A stretch of DNA of 64,000 nucleotides from Octopus sinensis (taxonomy: Eukaryota), in contig NC_043000.1 in the NCBI RefSeq assembly GCF_006345805.1, positions 99,944,001 to 100,008,000 of the forward strand. Reading direction: 5' to 3'. This document shows, piece after piece, positions 39,726 to 53,205 of this stretch (the first letter of the stretch is position 1; every line of letters starts with the position of its first letter). Below the pieces are notes generated by a model that saw only the letters and a list, made by a program, of their open reading frames with translations, ran no database searches and was not told the DNA's origin. Position numbers and translations under genes: made by a program.

Positions 39726-41513
39726 CTACTGTTGATACATTTTTGTCAGGGGGTATAGTCATCCCAATGAGTGGGGATGTCATATTTTAAAAATCTTTAA
39801 CAATAATCTCAGGCCGCTTGTCAATTATGGTGCAGTCTGTGTGGGCTGAAAAATCCCATAAAATTGTTGTTTCGATTAAAAATGGGGATGCTGTTCAAAT
39901 CCGTTTTTAGCATGTTCTGTACCGTATTGTTTGCATAGTGACTAAATATATTGATCAAATCAATCATACTTAGCTTTATATTCAGTTGGAGTTAAGTTGC
40001 AATGTTAACTATACATTATGTTGTCTAGACTTCTGCATTTTGGGTTTGTCCCATTCTGAGGACGTTTCCTTGGTAATTTCTTGAGAAAAATTTGTTTTAG
40101 GGGCAATATAGATGAGTCTCACATGTATCTCTTAGTTTTGGCTTTTAACCATGACTAGCAGCCACTGATGGACTTTTGGCTGGTCAACATCAGCATCTTG
40201 GATGCGGAGTTGGTGTTGATCGCGCAGAGGTTTTTGCTGCCATTTCCCTTTCAGAGCTTTAAAGAATTTAGAGTTTGTTTTAATTCTACAGATTCTTGCC
40301 ACCTTAGTTGTTAATGAGTTAACCACAATTGCAATATGTATGTTATTGATTCTTAGTTCTCTTCTATATTTCACTTCCTCTTTCGATGAGGCTGTCTTTT
40401 ACTAATATCATCATACAATCTCCGAATTTGTGTGAATATGTCTACAGGGCAATTGTGGCTGTTTTATTGGATAATTCAAATTAAATGAGTCCTGTTCCAC
40501 CTTCTTTCCTCGACAGGTAAAGATAGTCGACATCTGCCTTAGTGTGGTGTATTTTGTTGGCGGTGAGAATTTCTAGTTAATGATATTGAGACCATATTAC
40601 ACTGTAGGTAGGTACACTTGAGGTGTTGGTAACTTCTCTTGGGTTGAGTTCTTCTCCGATTTTTTCCTTTTATCTAGTATACTGGCTTCCTTCGCCATCA
40701 TTCATATCTAGATATTTATAAGTACCATTAAGATGCAGTTCTTGCACAGTGACATTTAGGTCAGGTTTGGTGAATGATGTTATACTAACTTTTCTCCCTC
40801 TTTAAAGTTGCTTATGCCCACTTATCAAGTCCAAATTTCATAGCTCAACTGCTTTGTCGTTCTTATTCTTTCTCCGACAAATTTGTAGCATCATTTTGCT
40901 AATCATCAGTTGATCTTTACATCCCCAGGAGTTCCATTTACCTCATTTTTGTTCTTGTGGAACAAGGGTGATTTCTTCAACAAAATCGTACATACTTTCA
41001 ATAAGAGTTCAAGTGAGAATTTTGAAAGTCGTAGCAAGGCACGTAATAGGCTTTTCGGAACTTCTGTTCCTGATGTTTTCAGCAGGAGATACATTGTACT
41101 TGTTATCAACCAGTTGGGGACTTTCTCAGGACTTTGTATAAGTGCACTCATTTTTTTGACATTCGTGTAATTGTATTTTGCCAAGAATTTGGGATTCAAT
41201 CCAATATTGACATGTTCCATTTTTGTGTTTTGCTAAGGACCTGCTTTACCTCTGCCACTTCAAACTCTAACTATTGTTGCTGTTTCAAATTTTTCACCCT
41301 TCCATTTCCTCTGCTAATCGAACTTGATTCCTCGTCATATGCTTTTGCATGTTCTACCAAAATTCTTCAACTTAATATTAGTTGAATCCTTCCTTCTATG
41401 GCCTGTTTCTATAGTTCTCTGTAAAAGTCTTTTGCAAATGTTTCGAAAAATGTTCTGTCTACAGAATTTACTACTTTTTCATATTTTCTAACTCGCTGTG
41501 CTTTGATCTGCGC

Positions 41514-41515
<2 letters not shown>
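39726..41515 (-). mobile_element. Second R4/Dong-like non-LTR retrotransposon remnant
   Basis: QRVRKYEK...KDFYREL, PNWLITSTMYLLLK, GCKDQLMI, MKFGLDK, TYKYL, ADVDYLYLSRKEGGTGL, WQQKPL, RPEIIV. Confidence 0.8.
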
Positions 41516-41549
<34 letters not shown>

Positions 41550-41554
41550 ACATA

Positions 41555-41595
<41 letters not shown>

Positions 41596-41724
41596 ACACA
41601 CACGCATCCATACGCAAACACACACATACACATACACAAACACCATATGCGCCCACATTACACACAGACACACACACACACACACACACGCACACACACG
41701 CACACACACACATATATGTACACA

Positions 41725-42064
41725 TACCCAGAGTTCAGGAAGAAATTTCATCATAGAAGACCAGAGGACCTGCACTCGGACTATGCACAAGTTCAAAATT
41801 CTATCCTGGTAACCAACTATTTGATAGTGATGGGCATTAGAAATGTCCCTCATCCTCTCTGCAGTTCAGACCTTCATGCGACTTGATTGTCTAGCAAGCT
41901 GAAGAAGATGAAGGGGGCTGTGGCAAAGGTAGAAGTGGTTGGAACGCTAGAAGTTCATTGAAGTTAAAGGATGCTACTTTGAAGAAGATTAGACTTTTGT
42001 CCCTCTATGGAATTAATAAATGCCTCTCTTTATAAAGTGTGAAAACTTCCTGAGTACATCTTGT
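41725..42064 (+). mobile_element. Mariner 3' remnant
   Basis: RKKFHHRRPE...LHSDYA...VPHPLCSSDL (HPPYSPDL-like); right-TIR-like gaaaacttcctgagtacatcttgta. Confidence 0.7.
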
Positions 42065-43439
42065 ATATATGTATACACACACACACACACACACATGTAT
42101 ATATACAAATACATGAATACATACATGCATACACACATACATACATACAAACACATGTACATATAGGTACGTACATACGTACACACACATACACATACGC
42201 ACACATACATACATGAAAGAGTAAATCTGAATACACCAAGTCATTTTGTAGACATGCGAATACAAAGGCTCACACTCTCACACGATCAGTTAATTACATT
42301 CATAAATACATACTTACAGAAGTACACAAAATTATACACGCAGCTACACACACCCATATCTATTTACACACACTAATAAACGCATACGTAGAGCGCTGGG
42401 GGAATTGGAGAGTATGTATCTGTGTATATGTATAAGTAACGGTAATTGTAAATAGAAATGTATGTATTTCTATGAATGTACATGTATGTGTCCATGAATA
42501 TTTGTAAGTTCATGCATATTCATGTATGTTAGTATGTATGTATGTATGCATGTATGCAAGTATGTATGTGTGTGCGCGTGTATATGTATGTGTATGTATG
42601 TATGTATGTATGTATATATGTGCGTATTCCTCATTCATATATTCTAATATATCTGCATATGTATGTGTGTGTTTCTGTGTATTGTATGTATACACACAAA
42701 TATAGGTATATGTATGTGCATAAGAATATGCATATATGTATATATATATATATATATACACACATATATATATTTATATATATATACACATATATATATT
42801 TATATATGTGCACACACATATACATATACATGTATATACACACATACACACATGCACACATATTTATATATATATATACTTATGCATATGCACACATCAA
42901 CGTTTAACTTAATCTACGCATGCAAATGAGCATAGTTCTGTACAATAGCACATATCTACACCAACATCTATATCTGTACATATGTTAGCATATGCATATA
43001 CACACATACACACATACACACATATACACATATATACACACACATGCACACAGATACGCACACACAGTTCATATCTTCATACGAGTGCATGTGCGCGTAT
43101 GCAAGCGTGTGTGCGTGTGTGTGTGTGTGTGTGCAATAGACCGACAAAGCGTGATACATGTATGAATGGAAGCATTGCGTTGACCAATAAGCCGAGATCG
43201 GGCAAATGTGAACAAATTGGTACAAAATGAACGGGTCGAAGCTGAGAATATTAATGTTGCTCATCCAATCAATAATGTGATTCGGTGGAGAACAGTGAAC
43301 AGGGGGACAAAATGATGTTGGAATATTATCGCAGTTCCTTTGATGAACCAGCTTTCTTCCACTATGTGAGAAAAATGACAGCAACGCGAGGCCAGAAGGG
43401 AAATATCATTAAAGATCCGATGTATTCATTGGCGTTGTA

Positions 43440-43965
43440 ATTGTTGTTGACTGTTGTACTGGTGGTGGTGGTGGAAATTATGGTGGTGGTGATGGTAGTT
43501 GTGGTGTTTGTGGTATCGGTGGCGGTGGTGTTGGTGATAATGGTATTGATGGCTATGTTAGTTGTAGTTTTGGCGGTTGTGGTGTCAGCGATGCTGGTGT
43601 TGGCGTTGGTATTGATTATGAAGCTAGTGGTAGTTGTGGTTGTGATGATGACGACGATGGTGGTGGTGGTGGCGGTAGTTGTAGTGATAACGGTGGTAGT
43701 TTTGATGTTGACGATAAAGGTGGTGGTGGTGGTTGTTGTGATGCTGTTTTTGATAGTTGTGCTGCTGGTGATAGTCGTATTGGTGATTATGTTAGTTGTA
43801 GTGTTGGCTGTTGTGGAGTTGGTGATTGTGGTGCTAGTATTGGTTGTGGAGCTGGTGGTGGTTGTAGTGTTGGTAATAGTAGTGTGGTGGCTATATTAGT
43901 TGTAGTGTTGGTGGTTGTGATCACAGCGATTTTGGCGTTAAAAAGCTGGTGGTTGTGGTGTTTTC
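43440..43965. repeat. Degenerate (GTG/GTT/GAT)n triplet low-complexity tract
   Basis: Direct sequence; produces a spurious poly-Val ORF. Confidence 0.9.
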
Positions 43966-44259
43966 TTCTTTTAATCAGGACTCACGCCATTAGCCACAAA
44001 GAATAATCTCTAATTCGATCCTACTCTAAGCTAATAAGAATGTGTGTAGCAACTTGAAGATCCACCCACCACACGCGATAGACTGGCGGTTGCACGGGCG
44101 CGAAAGCTACGTTGTTATCTTCATTCCGTAAACGGTGGCTCTTAACGGGTGGAGGGCTGAACCATCCTGGGGTACAGAGGAATCGCAATCTAGACTAGGG
44201 TCTGAAAGTTTACCACACCATAGTGGGTTACACCATGGTTCCTCTGCTTTATGGCAGAA

Positions 44260-44449
44260 GTAGGAAGAAAGATTGAGAGAAAGTTGTGGTGAAAGAGTAC
44301 AGAGGGGTTAAACCCCCTCCTACCGCCGGAGCCTCGTGGTGCTTAGGTGTTTTTGCTCAATAAACACTCACAATGCCATGTCTGGGAATCGAAACAGCGT
44401 TCTTACGACCGCTAGTTAGCTGCCTTAACCACTGAGTCATTTCGCCTCC
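44260..44449 (-). mobile_element. tRNA-derived SINE
   Basis: Minus strand ggaggcgaaatgactcagtggttaaggcag...tttcgattccc...gtgtttattgagcaaaaacacctaa. Confidence 0.7.
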
Positions 44450-45615
44450 ACTTTGTGGTATTGCTGTTATTTAGCGTTAGTGGTGGTTGTGATGTTATTA
44501 GAGTTGTTGGTAATTGTAGTGTTTGTGTTTGTGGATTTAAAGATTTTGGCGTTGTTTGTTCTGGCAGGTGCCTTGGTATAAGTATTGATGGCCACGATAG
44601 TGCTAACTGTGGAGTAGTTGGTTTTAGATGGTGGTATTTCATGTGCAGTTTACGGTTGTAAGGTTTGTAGTTGTGATTTTGGTTTTGGTGTCTAGGGTGG
44701 TGATGTTATTTATGATATTGGTACCGGTCGTGATACTGGTGTTGGTCATAGCATTCCTTGTTGTGGTACTAGTTATTAGTTGTTGTTATTAGTAGTGATG
44801 TTGATGGTTGCATTGGTGTTGATTGTGGTATGGGTGGTTGTCGTAATGCTAATTGCATTGGTTTATGTTGTGGTGTTTGTTGTGGATTTCGTGGCGTTTG
44901 TATTTGGAGTTAGTAGCTATTAAAATAGTTGTGCTATTAAAAGCATTGGAGTTTGGCTGTGATGATTATGATGCCGTAGATGATACCTGTTCAGTTGAGA
45001 TGGAAAATTTACACAAATGTTATGGTTGTTGTTATGATATTATTATTGCTGCTGCTGTTGTTATAGTCGTTGTCCACCGTATATATAAATATAGCAATCC
45101 CGCTACTATCACGAGTGTTATTTTCACCACCCCCACCGCGATAGGGGAAAATCTGCGAAGTAGAAACTGTACCTGATTGTATATTTTTTTTTATCAATTC
45201 TATAATTCCATATATATATTTTATTATAAATGCAAAACAACACAACGGAGGAATCGACGTAAGCTTGAACAATAAACCGTAATTGTTGAACCGCGACAGG
45301 GAAATTGCGATATGGTGAGGGATTACTTTGTAACGAGAAAATGCTTTTAAGATTCTATCATGATGAAAAGGTGAAAGTGTTTCCATTTTTAATCAAAAAT
45401 TCTTGAGATGGTATAAACATGCAATAAGGAAAATGGTAAGTGACTTGAATTAAATTAATCATTTACAATAGCATTTGGAAAATGCCCTCGTTTATCTAAA
45501 AAAACTGACGTTGTAGTCGTTATTGGCCTTCCTTGATAGTTAGTGGTTCGTGATGATTGTAGCAATTGTAATAGGAGTGCTAAGTAGTGTATCGTTCCTT
45601 ATTGTGGCACCATAT

Positions 45616-45649
<34 letters not shown>

Positions 45650-45650
45650 A

Positions 45651-45833
45651 TAAAGTTTATCCAAACATGAACAAAGAGAAGACACAACAACGCGAGGACG
45701 TGGAACAAGTATAATGTTATTGGACGCTCAGGAAAGAAAGAAGGAGGATTTAACGTTTCGAGCGGAGCTCTTCGTCAGAAACATAGAAAAAGAAAGATCC
45801 AAGGAAGAGAAGACGGAGAAAGAAAATCGCCAA
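45651..45833 (-). mobile_element. Second copy of the ~185-bp hammerhead element (HHR 45748-45782)
   Basis: guuu-CUGACGA-a-GAGC(ucc)GCUC-GAAA-CG-UU-aaau; intact core and stem II. Confidence 0.8.
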
Positions 45834-45876
45834 CGATACACACACACACATAATTATATTATATCCACAACACACA

Positions 45877-46411
45877 CGAGGTGGAGTGAAAAAGTAATGC
45901 AATTTATTTTATTGTTCTGAGCACTACCTATGGCTAACTCCAGCATCCGATGCCGGCTCATCAACGGTTATGCGCCTGTCAGCTCTAATTAAAGTGTCTA
46001 CTTTTCCCTTATTGACAAGGTTGAAGAAGTTGTCGGGTGGCCATTATGCGGCATGTCTGCTGAGCTTGAACTTCCTAGTTCTGTTTTGATGTGTTGAATT
46101 CTCATTCAGACTGCAAGTCCGTCTCCATACATTTATGTTCGTAAATATTTTTCAGTCATTTGTGAATGTTTACAGGAATCTCTCTTTCGGCAATAAGGAA
46201 CTCAATTACTGCGCTTTGCATCTGATGGACTCCCATTAGGGTAGCCATTTGGATATCAGATCATTTATGCATAAATCTGAAAGGAAAAAAAAAAAAGATA
46301 ATAATTAAAGATCAGGAGTATACATGTCTTTCCATCTGTACCAAAAATCAAATGATTTCGTTGAAAATGTGCCTCGTGTGACAAAAATTGCATTACTTTT
46401 TGACCTGGCTG
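45877..46411. mobile_element. Mariner-type non-autonomous element (MITE)
   Basis: TIR core aaaaagtaatgcaattt at 45889 and its reverse complement at 46385-46401; TA at the right end. Confidence 0.65.
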
Positions 46412-46542
46412 TATATATAATATTCTTGTATGTATGTATGTATGTATGTATGTATGTATGTATGTATATGTATGTATGTATGTGTATGTATCTATCTCTC
46501 TATATGTCTGTGTGTTTGTATTTATATGTATATGTGTGTGTG

Positions 46543-46588
<46 letters not shown>

Positions 46589-46759
46589 CTATCTATCTAT
46601 CTATCTATCTATCTGTTTGGATAGGCGTGATTGTGTGGTAAGAAGCTTACTTCCTAACGACATGGTTCCGGGTTCAGTCCCACTGCATGGCACCTTGGGC
46701 ACCTTGAACAGGACGCCGGTCCGTTACAGAGTTCAAGGTCAGCCATTTTAACGGGAGGG

Positions 46760-48165
46760 GACAAGTCGATCATATCGACCCCAGTACTTGTCTGGTACTT
46801 TATTTTATCGGCCCTTAACTGGCAAAAGGCAAAGCGGACCTCAGCAAGAATTGAACTCAGAATGTAAAGAGCCAGAAAAAATGCTACGAAGCATGTTTCC
46901 GACGTGCCACCGATTCTGTCAATTTGCTGTCTTGATTGGTGCTGCAATATATCGAACTCGGAAGGATGAAAGCAAAGCTGGCTGACTTCGGCAGGATTTC
47001 ATCTCAAAATATAAAGAGCCAGATGGAACACCGTTACGTATTTTGTCCAATGCATTAACAATTCTGCTTATTAACTGCCCTACAGAGACAGTAACATTAA
47101 CAGAAACAACAGCACTATAAACAATTGCAAAACAACCACAATAACCCCAAGGAAATGCACATCGATTAAATGGACTTCATTATTTAACTAGTACCTTACT
47201 TTATCGACTCCGGTGAGATGAAAAGCAAAGCTAACCTTGAGAAGAAAAGGGATGAACTGACCACACAAAGAGCATGTCGACTATAACAATGATTTGGAAT
47301 TTTGGCACAAGGACAGCAATTTTTGGGGAACAGGTAAGTCGATTATACAGACCCCCAATGCTCAACTGGCACTTATTTTATCGACTCCGAGGGATGAAAG
47401 GCAAAGTCGGTCTTGGCGGAATTTCAATTCAGAACCTGAAGACTGACGAAATATCTTTTTCTTTACTACCCACAAGGGGCTAGACACAGAGAGGACAAAC
47501 AAGGACAGACAAACGAATTAAATCGATTATATCGACCCCAGTGCGTAACTGGTACTTATTTAATCGACCCCGAAAGGATGAAAGGCAAAGTCGACCGCGG
47601 CGGAATTTGAAATCACAACGTAACGGCAGACGAAATACCGCTAAGTATTTCGCCCGGCGTGGTGACGATTCTGCCAGCTCGCCGACGTAATACCGGCTAT
47701 AATAATGGTTTCAAAATTTGACACAAGGTCAGCAAGTTCGGAGTATGGGCGATTATATCGACCCTAGTACGTGACTGGTACCTTTTTATCGACCTCTAAA
47801 GGAGGAAAGACAAAGTTGATCGGCGGAATTTGAACTCAAAACGTAAGGACGGATGAAATATCGCTAAACATTTCTCCCGGCGTGCTAACGGTTCTGTCAG
47901 CTTTCCACTTTAATATCAGCTATAATAATAGCACCAATAACAATAGCAACGATGACAGCAGTGGCTTCTGATTGAGGTACAACATCATTAATTTTGAAAA
48001 GACGAGTTCAGTCGATAGTTTGGACCTCAGTATTTGGTTGATACTTTATTTTGTTGATCTGGAGTGGATGAAAGGTAAAGTTCACCTTGGTGGTATTTGA
48101 ACTCAGAGTGTGAAGAGTCGGAACAAGTACCGCAAACGTGACCAGGCTACCAGTTTACCGCCTTG
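46760..48165 (-). mobile_element. Cluster of at least 6 SINE copies or fragments (family of 9118), best copy 47461-47690
   Basis: Repeated ctggtactt...tcgacccc gaaaggatgaaaggcaaagtcgac...ggaatttgaactc. Confidence 0.85.
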
Positions 48166-49009
48166 CAGCAATAACGGTAACAGCAAGAACGACAGTATTA
48201 ACAATAACACCATGAACATCAACAATAATAATAATAATAACAGCAGCTACTACAGAAAAGAAAGCTCAAAAGAAAACAAAATAAAAAAAACAACTCAAAA
48301 CACATCTACGACGACGACAGTAATAGCAACAACAACAACAACTACAACAACTTCATCATCAATATTCCAGCCTAAAAAAGAAGCCAGACGGCCTGGCTCG
48401 TACAATGAACATTAAATAGTTAATATATAAAATATTGCAATATTTCGGTAAGTTACGTCCCTTGAGGTGCAACCCACATTCATTTTTTAAAAAATGGACA
48501 AATTAATTTCTCAGAGTGCCATGACATCATAGGCGTTCCAGAAGTGTCCTGGTCATCTCTTTTTTCTTTCTTTTTTGTTTTCTTTTACAGAAATAGTAGT
48601 ATATCTAGTATATTTAAGAATACAATAGATTTTTTTTTAAAAAAGGATTAAATTTAATCTAAGTGGGGTTTGTACTTTATTTATAGCCTGCCGATCGATC
48701 ATATTAGAAGCTTCGACATAGGTTTATCTACATAGGCGTCTGCAGCGATTTTGTCGACTAAATGAGGTGAAGAGAACTACATTGTCAATCTCAATGGGAT
48801 TTGAACTCATAATACAGAGCTCTAAAAGCGAACACTCTTCCGAATTCAGCTTCCAACAACTTCTTGCACAAAACTGCTACGCATTATGTTATACCATACT
48901 ATATTTCATTAGTACTGTACTATAATACACTATACTATGCAAGCATAGTATAGTGTATTTATACACAAACACACAATCACGAACACATGCATGCTCGTGC
49001 ACTCACAAC

Positions 49010-49162
49010 ACACACACACACGCGCGCGCACACATACACACATGTACATACTGAAATGTGGTATCCTAAACCAATGCCACCACGATGAGGCATTCTTTGT
49101 GTGTGTATGATCTGAATTTATACTTATATATATATATACATACATACATACATACATACACA

Positions 49163-49194
<32 letters not shown>

Positions 49195-49956
49195 GATACA
49201 TATGTAAGTAGGTATGTAGGTATTCAAGCATATATGTATATATACTTGTATGCATATATGTATGAATGGATGTACATATGTGTGCATTGATATATGTAGA
49301 TCTATATCTGTATCTATTCCTATCTATATACATCTAAGTAGACACAAACACATACATATATAAAATATACATGACCACACATACATATACCTATATCATA
49401 TATATATATAAATATATATATATGTGTGTGTGTGTGTGTGACTGTGTATATATACAAAACACATGCACACATAAATGTGTGTGCATCTACGTGTATGTAT
49501 GAGTTGGCATACACTGAAACACATCAGGGAACAGCATAGTTTATGTCTGTAGCTATTAAATTAAATATCAATTATAATTAGTCCTCAGCTCTTCAGTTAC
49601 AATAATGATTATTCAAAGTAATTCAATCAGGCATCGAAAGATGCAAATTTATAAGTACAACGCATTATAACTAGAACACACACACACGCACGCACTAACG
49701 CAAGAACACACACAGACACACATATACACACACACACGAACACACACACACACGAACACACACACACACGAACACACACACACACAACACACACACACAC
49801 AACACACACACGCGCGCGCACACATACACACATGTACATACTGAAATGTGGTATCCTAAACCAATGCCACCACGATGAGGCATTCTTTGTGTGTGTATGA
49901 TCTGAATTTATACTTATATATATATATATACATACATACATACATACATACATACA

Positions 49957-49988
<32 letters not shown>

Positions 49989-50498
49989 GATACATATGTA
50001 AGTAGGTATGTAGGTATTCAAGCATATATGTATATATACTTGTATGCATATATGTATGAATGGATGTACATATGTGTGCATTGATATATGTAGATCTATA
50101 TCTGTATCTATTCCTATCTATATACATCTAAGTAGACACAAACACATACATATATAAAATATACATGACCACACATACATATACCTATATCATATATATA
50201 TATAAATATATATATATGTGTGTGTGTGTGTGTGACTGTGTATATATACAAAACACATGCACACATAAATGTGTGTGCATCTACGTGTATGTATGAGTTG
50301 GCATACACTGAAACACATCAGGGAACAGCATAGTTTATGTCTGTAGCTATTAAATTAAATATCAATTATAATTAGTCCTCAGCTCTTCAGTTACAATAAT
50401 GATTATTCAAAGTAATTCAATCAGGCATCGAAAGATGCAAATTTATAAGTACAACGCATTATAACTAGAACACACACACACGCACGCACTAACGCAAG

Positions 50499-50529
<31 letters not shown>

Positions 50530-50606
50530 CACGAACACACACACACACGAACCACACACACACACACGACACACACACACACACGAACACACACACACAC
50601 ACACAC
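49010..50606. repeat. ~794-bp direct tandem duplication (2 copies)
   Basis: Identical unique text, e.g. ctgaaatgtggtatcc at 49051 and 49841, and identical ORFs offset by 794 (49320/50114). Confidence 0.95.
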
Positions 50607-50617
50607 GAATATACATA

Positions 50618-51070
50618 TTTAGATCAAAGACAGAAATTGGAATTAGTGCGATTCTTTATTCAAAACGACTACAATTGTTTCGGCGTATTCTCGCACTCGT
50701 AGGTCATAGGTAAAATGCTGTTTAGTCAAGTATATTACACCAAAGGAGTATAATGCACTTCTTCAGGTGACTGCTTAAACAAGTGCCTCGCAATATCATC
50801 TCACCATTTCACTCATTTTAATAACGTGTACTTAAATTGATGTGGCGATTCTAGCAGTTCTCAGATATTCATTATTAAACTGAGTGAAACGGCGAGAGGA
50901 TATAGTGAGGAACTTGTTTAAACAGACACCTGAAGAAGCGCATCCTACATGTGATGTACGATACTTGACTGCACAACATCACTTATGATCTACAGGTGCG
51001 AGAATGCATCGAAACAACTGAATAAAGAATAAAGAATTTCATTGATTCCATTTTGTGTTTTTGATCAATT
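50618..51070. mobile_element. Diverged head-to-head inverted pair of hammerhead-containing PLE-type repeats
   Basis: Minus 50666-50770: CUGAAGA-a-gugcauu...aauacgc-c-GAAA-CAAUUG-UA; plus 50926-51023: CUGAAGA...cGAAACAACUGAA (cleavage site mutated). Confidence 0.65.
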
Positions 51071-51769
51071 TATATAAACGCTACGGACACTATGGAATTC
51101 CTGAAGTATATCCAGTAGCATGTACATCTCTAATGTATGATGACATCAGGTAGCCGATAAATGTGCACGAGTTTTGCACAGTATTCTACAAGGTTTTCAC
51201 CCGAATCTCACTTAAATACGAATACATATGCATGAATATATGTATACAATGAATATATAATAATATATATGTCTACGTATGTTTGTACAATATGAATGTA
51301 TTGTATTGATTAGACGGCTCTCTCCCTTCCCCTCTTTCTATATATATATATACAAAAATGGGACAATAACGCAAAACATCCAGACGTACATTTTAGTCTC
51401 TTATATGTAAGTATATATATATATTATATATATATATATTATATATATATATATAAATTTTGTACGACTCTTATTCTTTCTATTCTTTCATTCTTTCCTT
51501 CTTTCTATCAGCCCTATCAGCCCTTCATTCCACTCTTCGTTATTTTGTTCCCCCTCTCTCACATTTCCTGGCCTTCTCTTCATGCCTGCTTTCCAACCTC
51601 TTTCATTTCACATTGACCCTTTCATTTTTTCTCCCCCCTCCTTAATTCTTCTATTCCTCTGCCTCTACCTCTCTTTCTTCTCTCCCCACGTGACCGGTGT
51701 CCAGCCAAGCCAGACCTTTCTTTCTTGATTCGACTACCATCCGTCCAACATCAATATTCCTCCCTGTGC

Positions 51770-52175
51770 CTGTCAAAACTTATGTTCCTGCCGTAAGGCT
51801 TTACTTCCACACGCCAGCTTAATTTAATTCGTCCTTAGTCGAAAGACACCTTTTGTTATGTCCTGTTATTTGCATTTGTATTTGTGTATCATTTCTCCGT
51901 TTTTTTCCGTCCTTGTTTTTGTATACATTCGCTGCTTTCTTCCAAGGAATCTAATGCTCTTAGTTTAGTTTTTCCTTGGGGGCTGGCCAGATTGGAGCAA
52001 TCTCGAGAATAACCAGCCGAAATTGCAAAGATAATCTGGAACTCAACTGAGGAAAGAATACTCCGAGTGACCCGTAATTGTCTTCATTGTATCGTGTGTC
52101 TGGATGTTTTGTGTTCTTGTCCTATTTTTGTATTTTTTATATATAAAAATATAGCGGCGTGCGTACATATTGGTC
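51770..52175 (+). mobile_element. Dispersed ~400-bp non-coding repeat; second copy 57930-58320(-); inverted 3' fragment at 51345-51385
   Basis: Shared cctgccgtaaggctttact...ggggctggccagattggagcaatctcgag...ctgagga...gacccgta text. Confidence 0.8.
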
Positions 52176-52194
52176 TCTCTCTCTCTCTGTACAT

Positions 52195-52270
<76 letters not shown>

Positions 52271-52630
52271 ATATATTATTTCTACCAGTGCAAAGAAACA
52301 ATTTCTGTACAAGAAAGTTTAAATAAAGAAAATTCATCGTAAAATACAAAACTCGCCTAAATATGAACGCATAATCAAATTTGGTCTTAGTACATATTTT
52401 TATTCATGATCACATATCCATCACAGTACAGATTTCATCTCACGACTTTACAGTTTTTGCATATTATTTATCTCACCCCCAAATGAACAATTACCTCCCC
52501 TGTCCCGAATGATAACTCTCACCACTTACCTCCCCTTAGAGTTTTCTACTTGTTGATTCATTCACAAAGTATCATACAAGAACATGGAATAAAACCTTCT
52601 TAAGAAAATACAAAATTACGATAATTTCAA

Positions 52631-52663
52631 TGTCATGATAAGTGAAAGCGAAACTGGTCGACA
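52631..52663 (+). ncRNA. Degenerate minimal hammerhead motif
   Basis: uguc-AUGAUAA-GU(GAAA)GC-GAAA-CUGG-UC-gaca; perfect stem I and GUC site, core positions 3 and 8 mutated. Confidence 0.5.
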
Positions 52664-52725
52664 ACCACAATACTCTTTCATTCATATTATATTAAAACTA
52701 TGTAAACTGTGTGCCTTTCCTTCTC

Positions 52726-52842
<117 letters not shown>

Positions 52843-53205
52843 TATATATTTATATATAGGTAAATTGAAAGCAGAAAAATGAACACGATTCAATTAGACG
52901 AACATACATACACACAGATGACCCCTCCCCACAAATATAACGATAGAAAGAATATTCATTGTCCAAGAACTAGCACAATTTTAAAAATCATTCGTGCAAG
53001 TCCAAAGTACGAGGACTTAAGAAATAGATCAGGAACTTCTAACCATAGTCTAATATGTAGACCTGTCTAAGTCTGGAAGGCCAAACAATCTTAGTGAAAT
53101 ACAGCCATCTGGATACCTCCCTATACTTGTCTATAATTCAAAATCTCAAACAGAGGAGGAGACTGTAAAATCAAATTTTATAAGAACGATACCTGCAGAA
53201 ATTGC

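Noticed and set aside
43441-43899. 152-aa Val-rich multi-transmembrane protein
   Set aside because: Translation of a degenerate GTG/GTT triplet tract with a TTG start and no complexity
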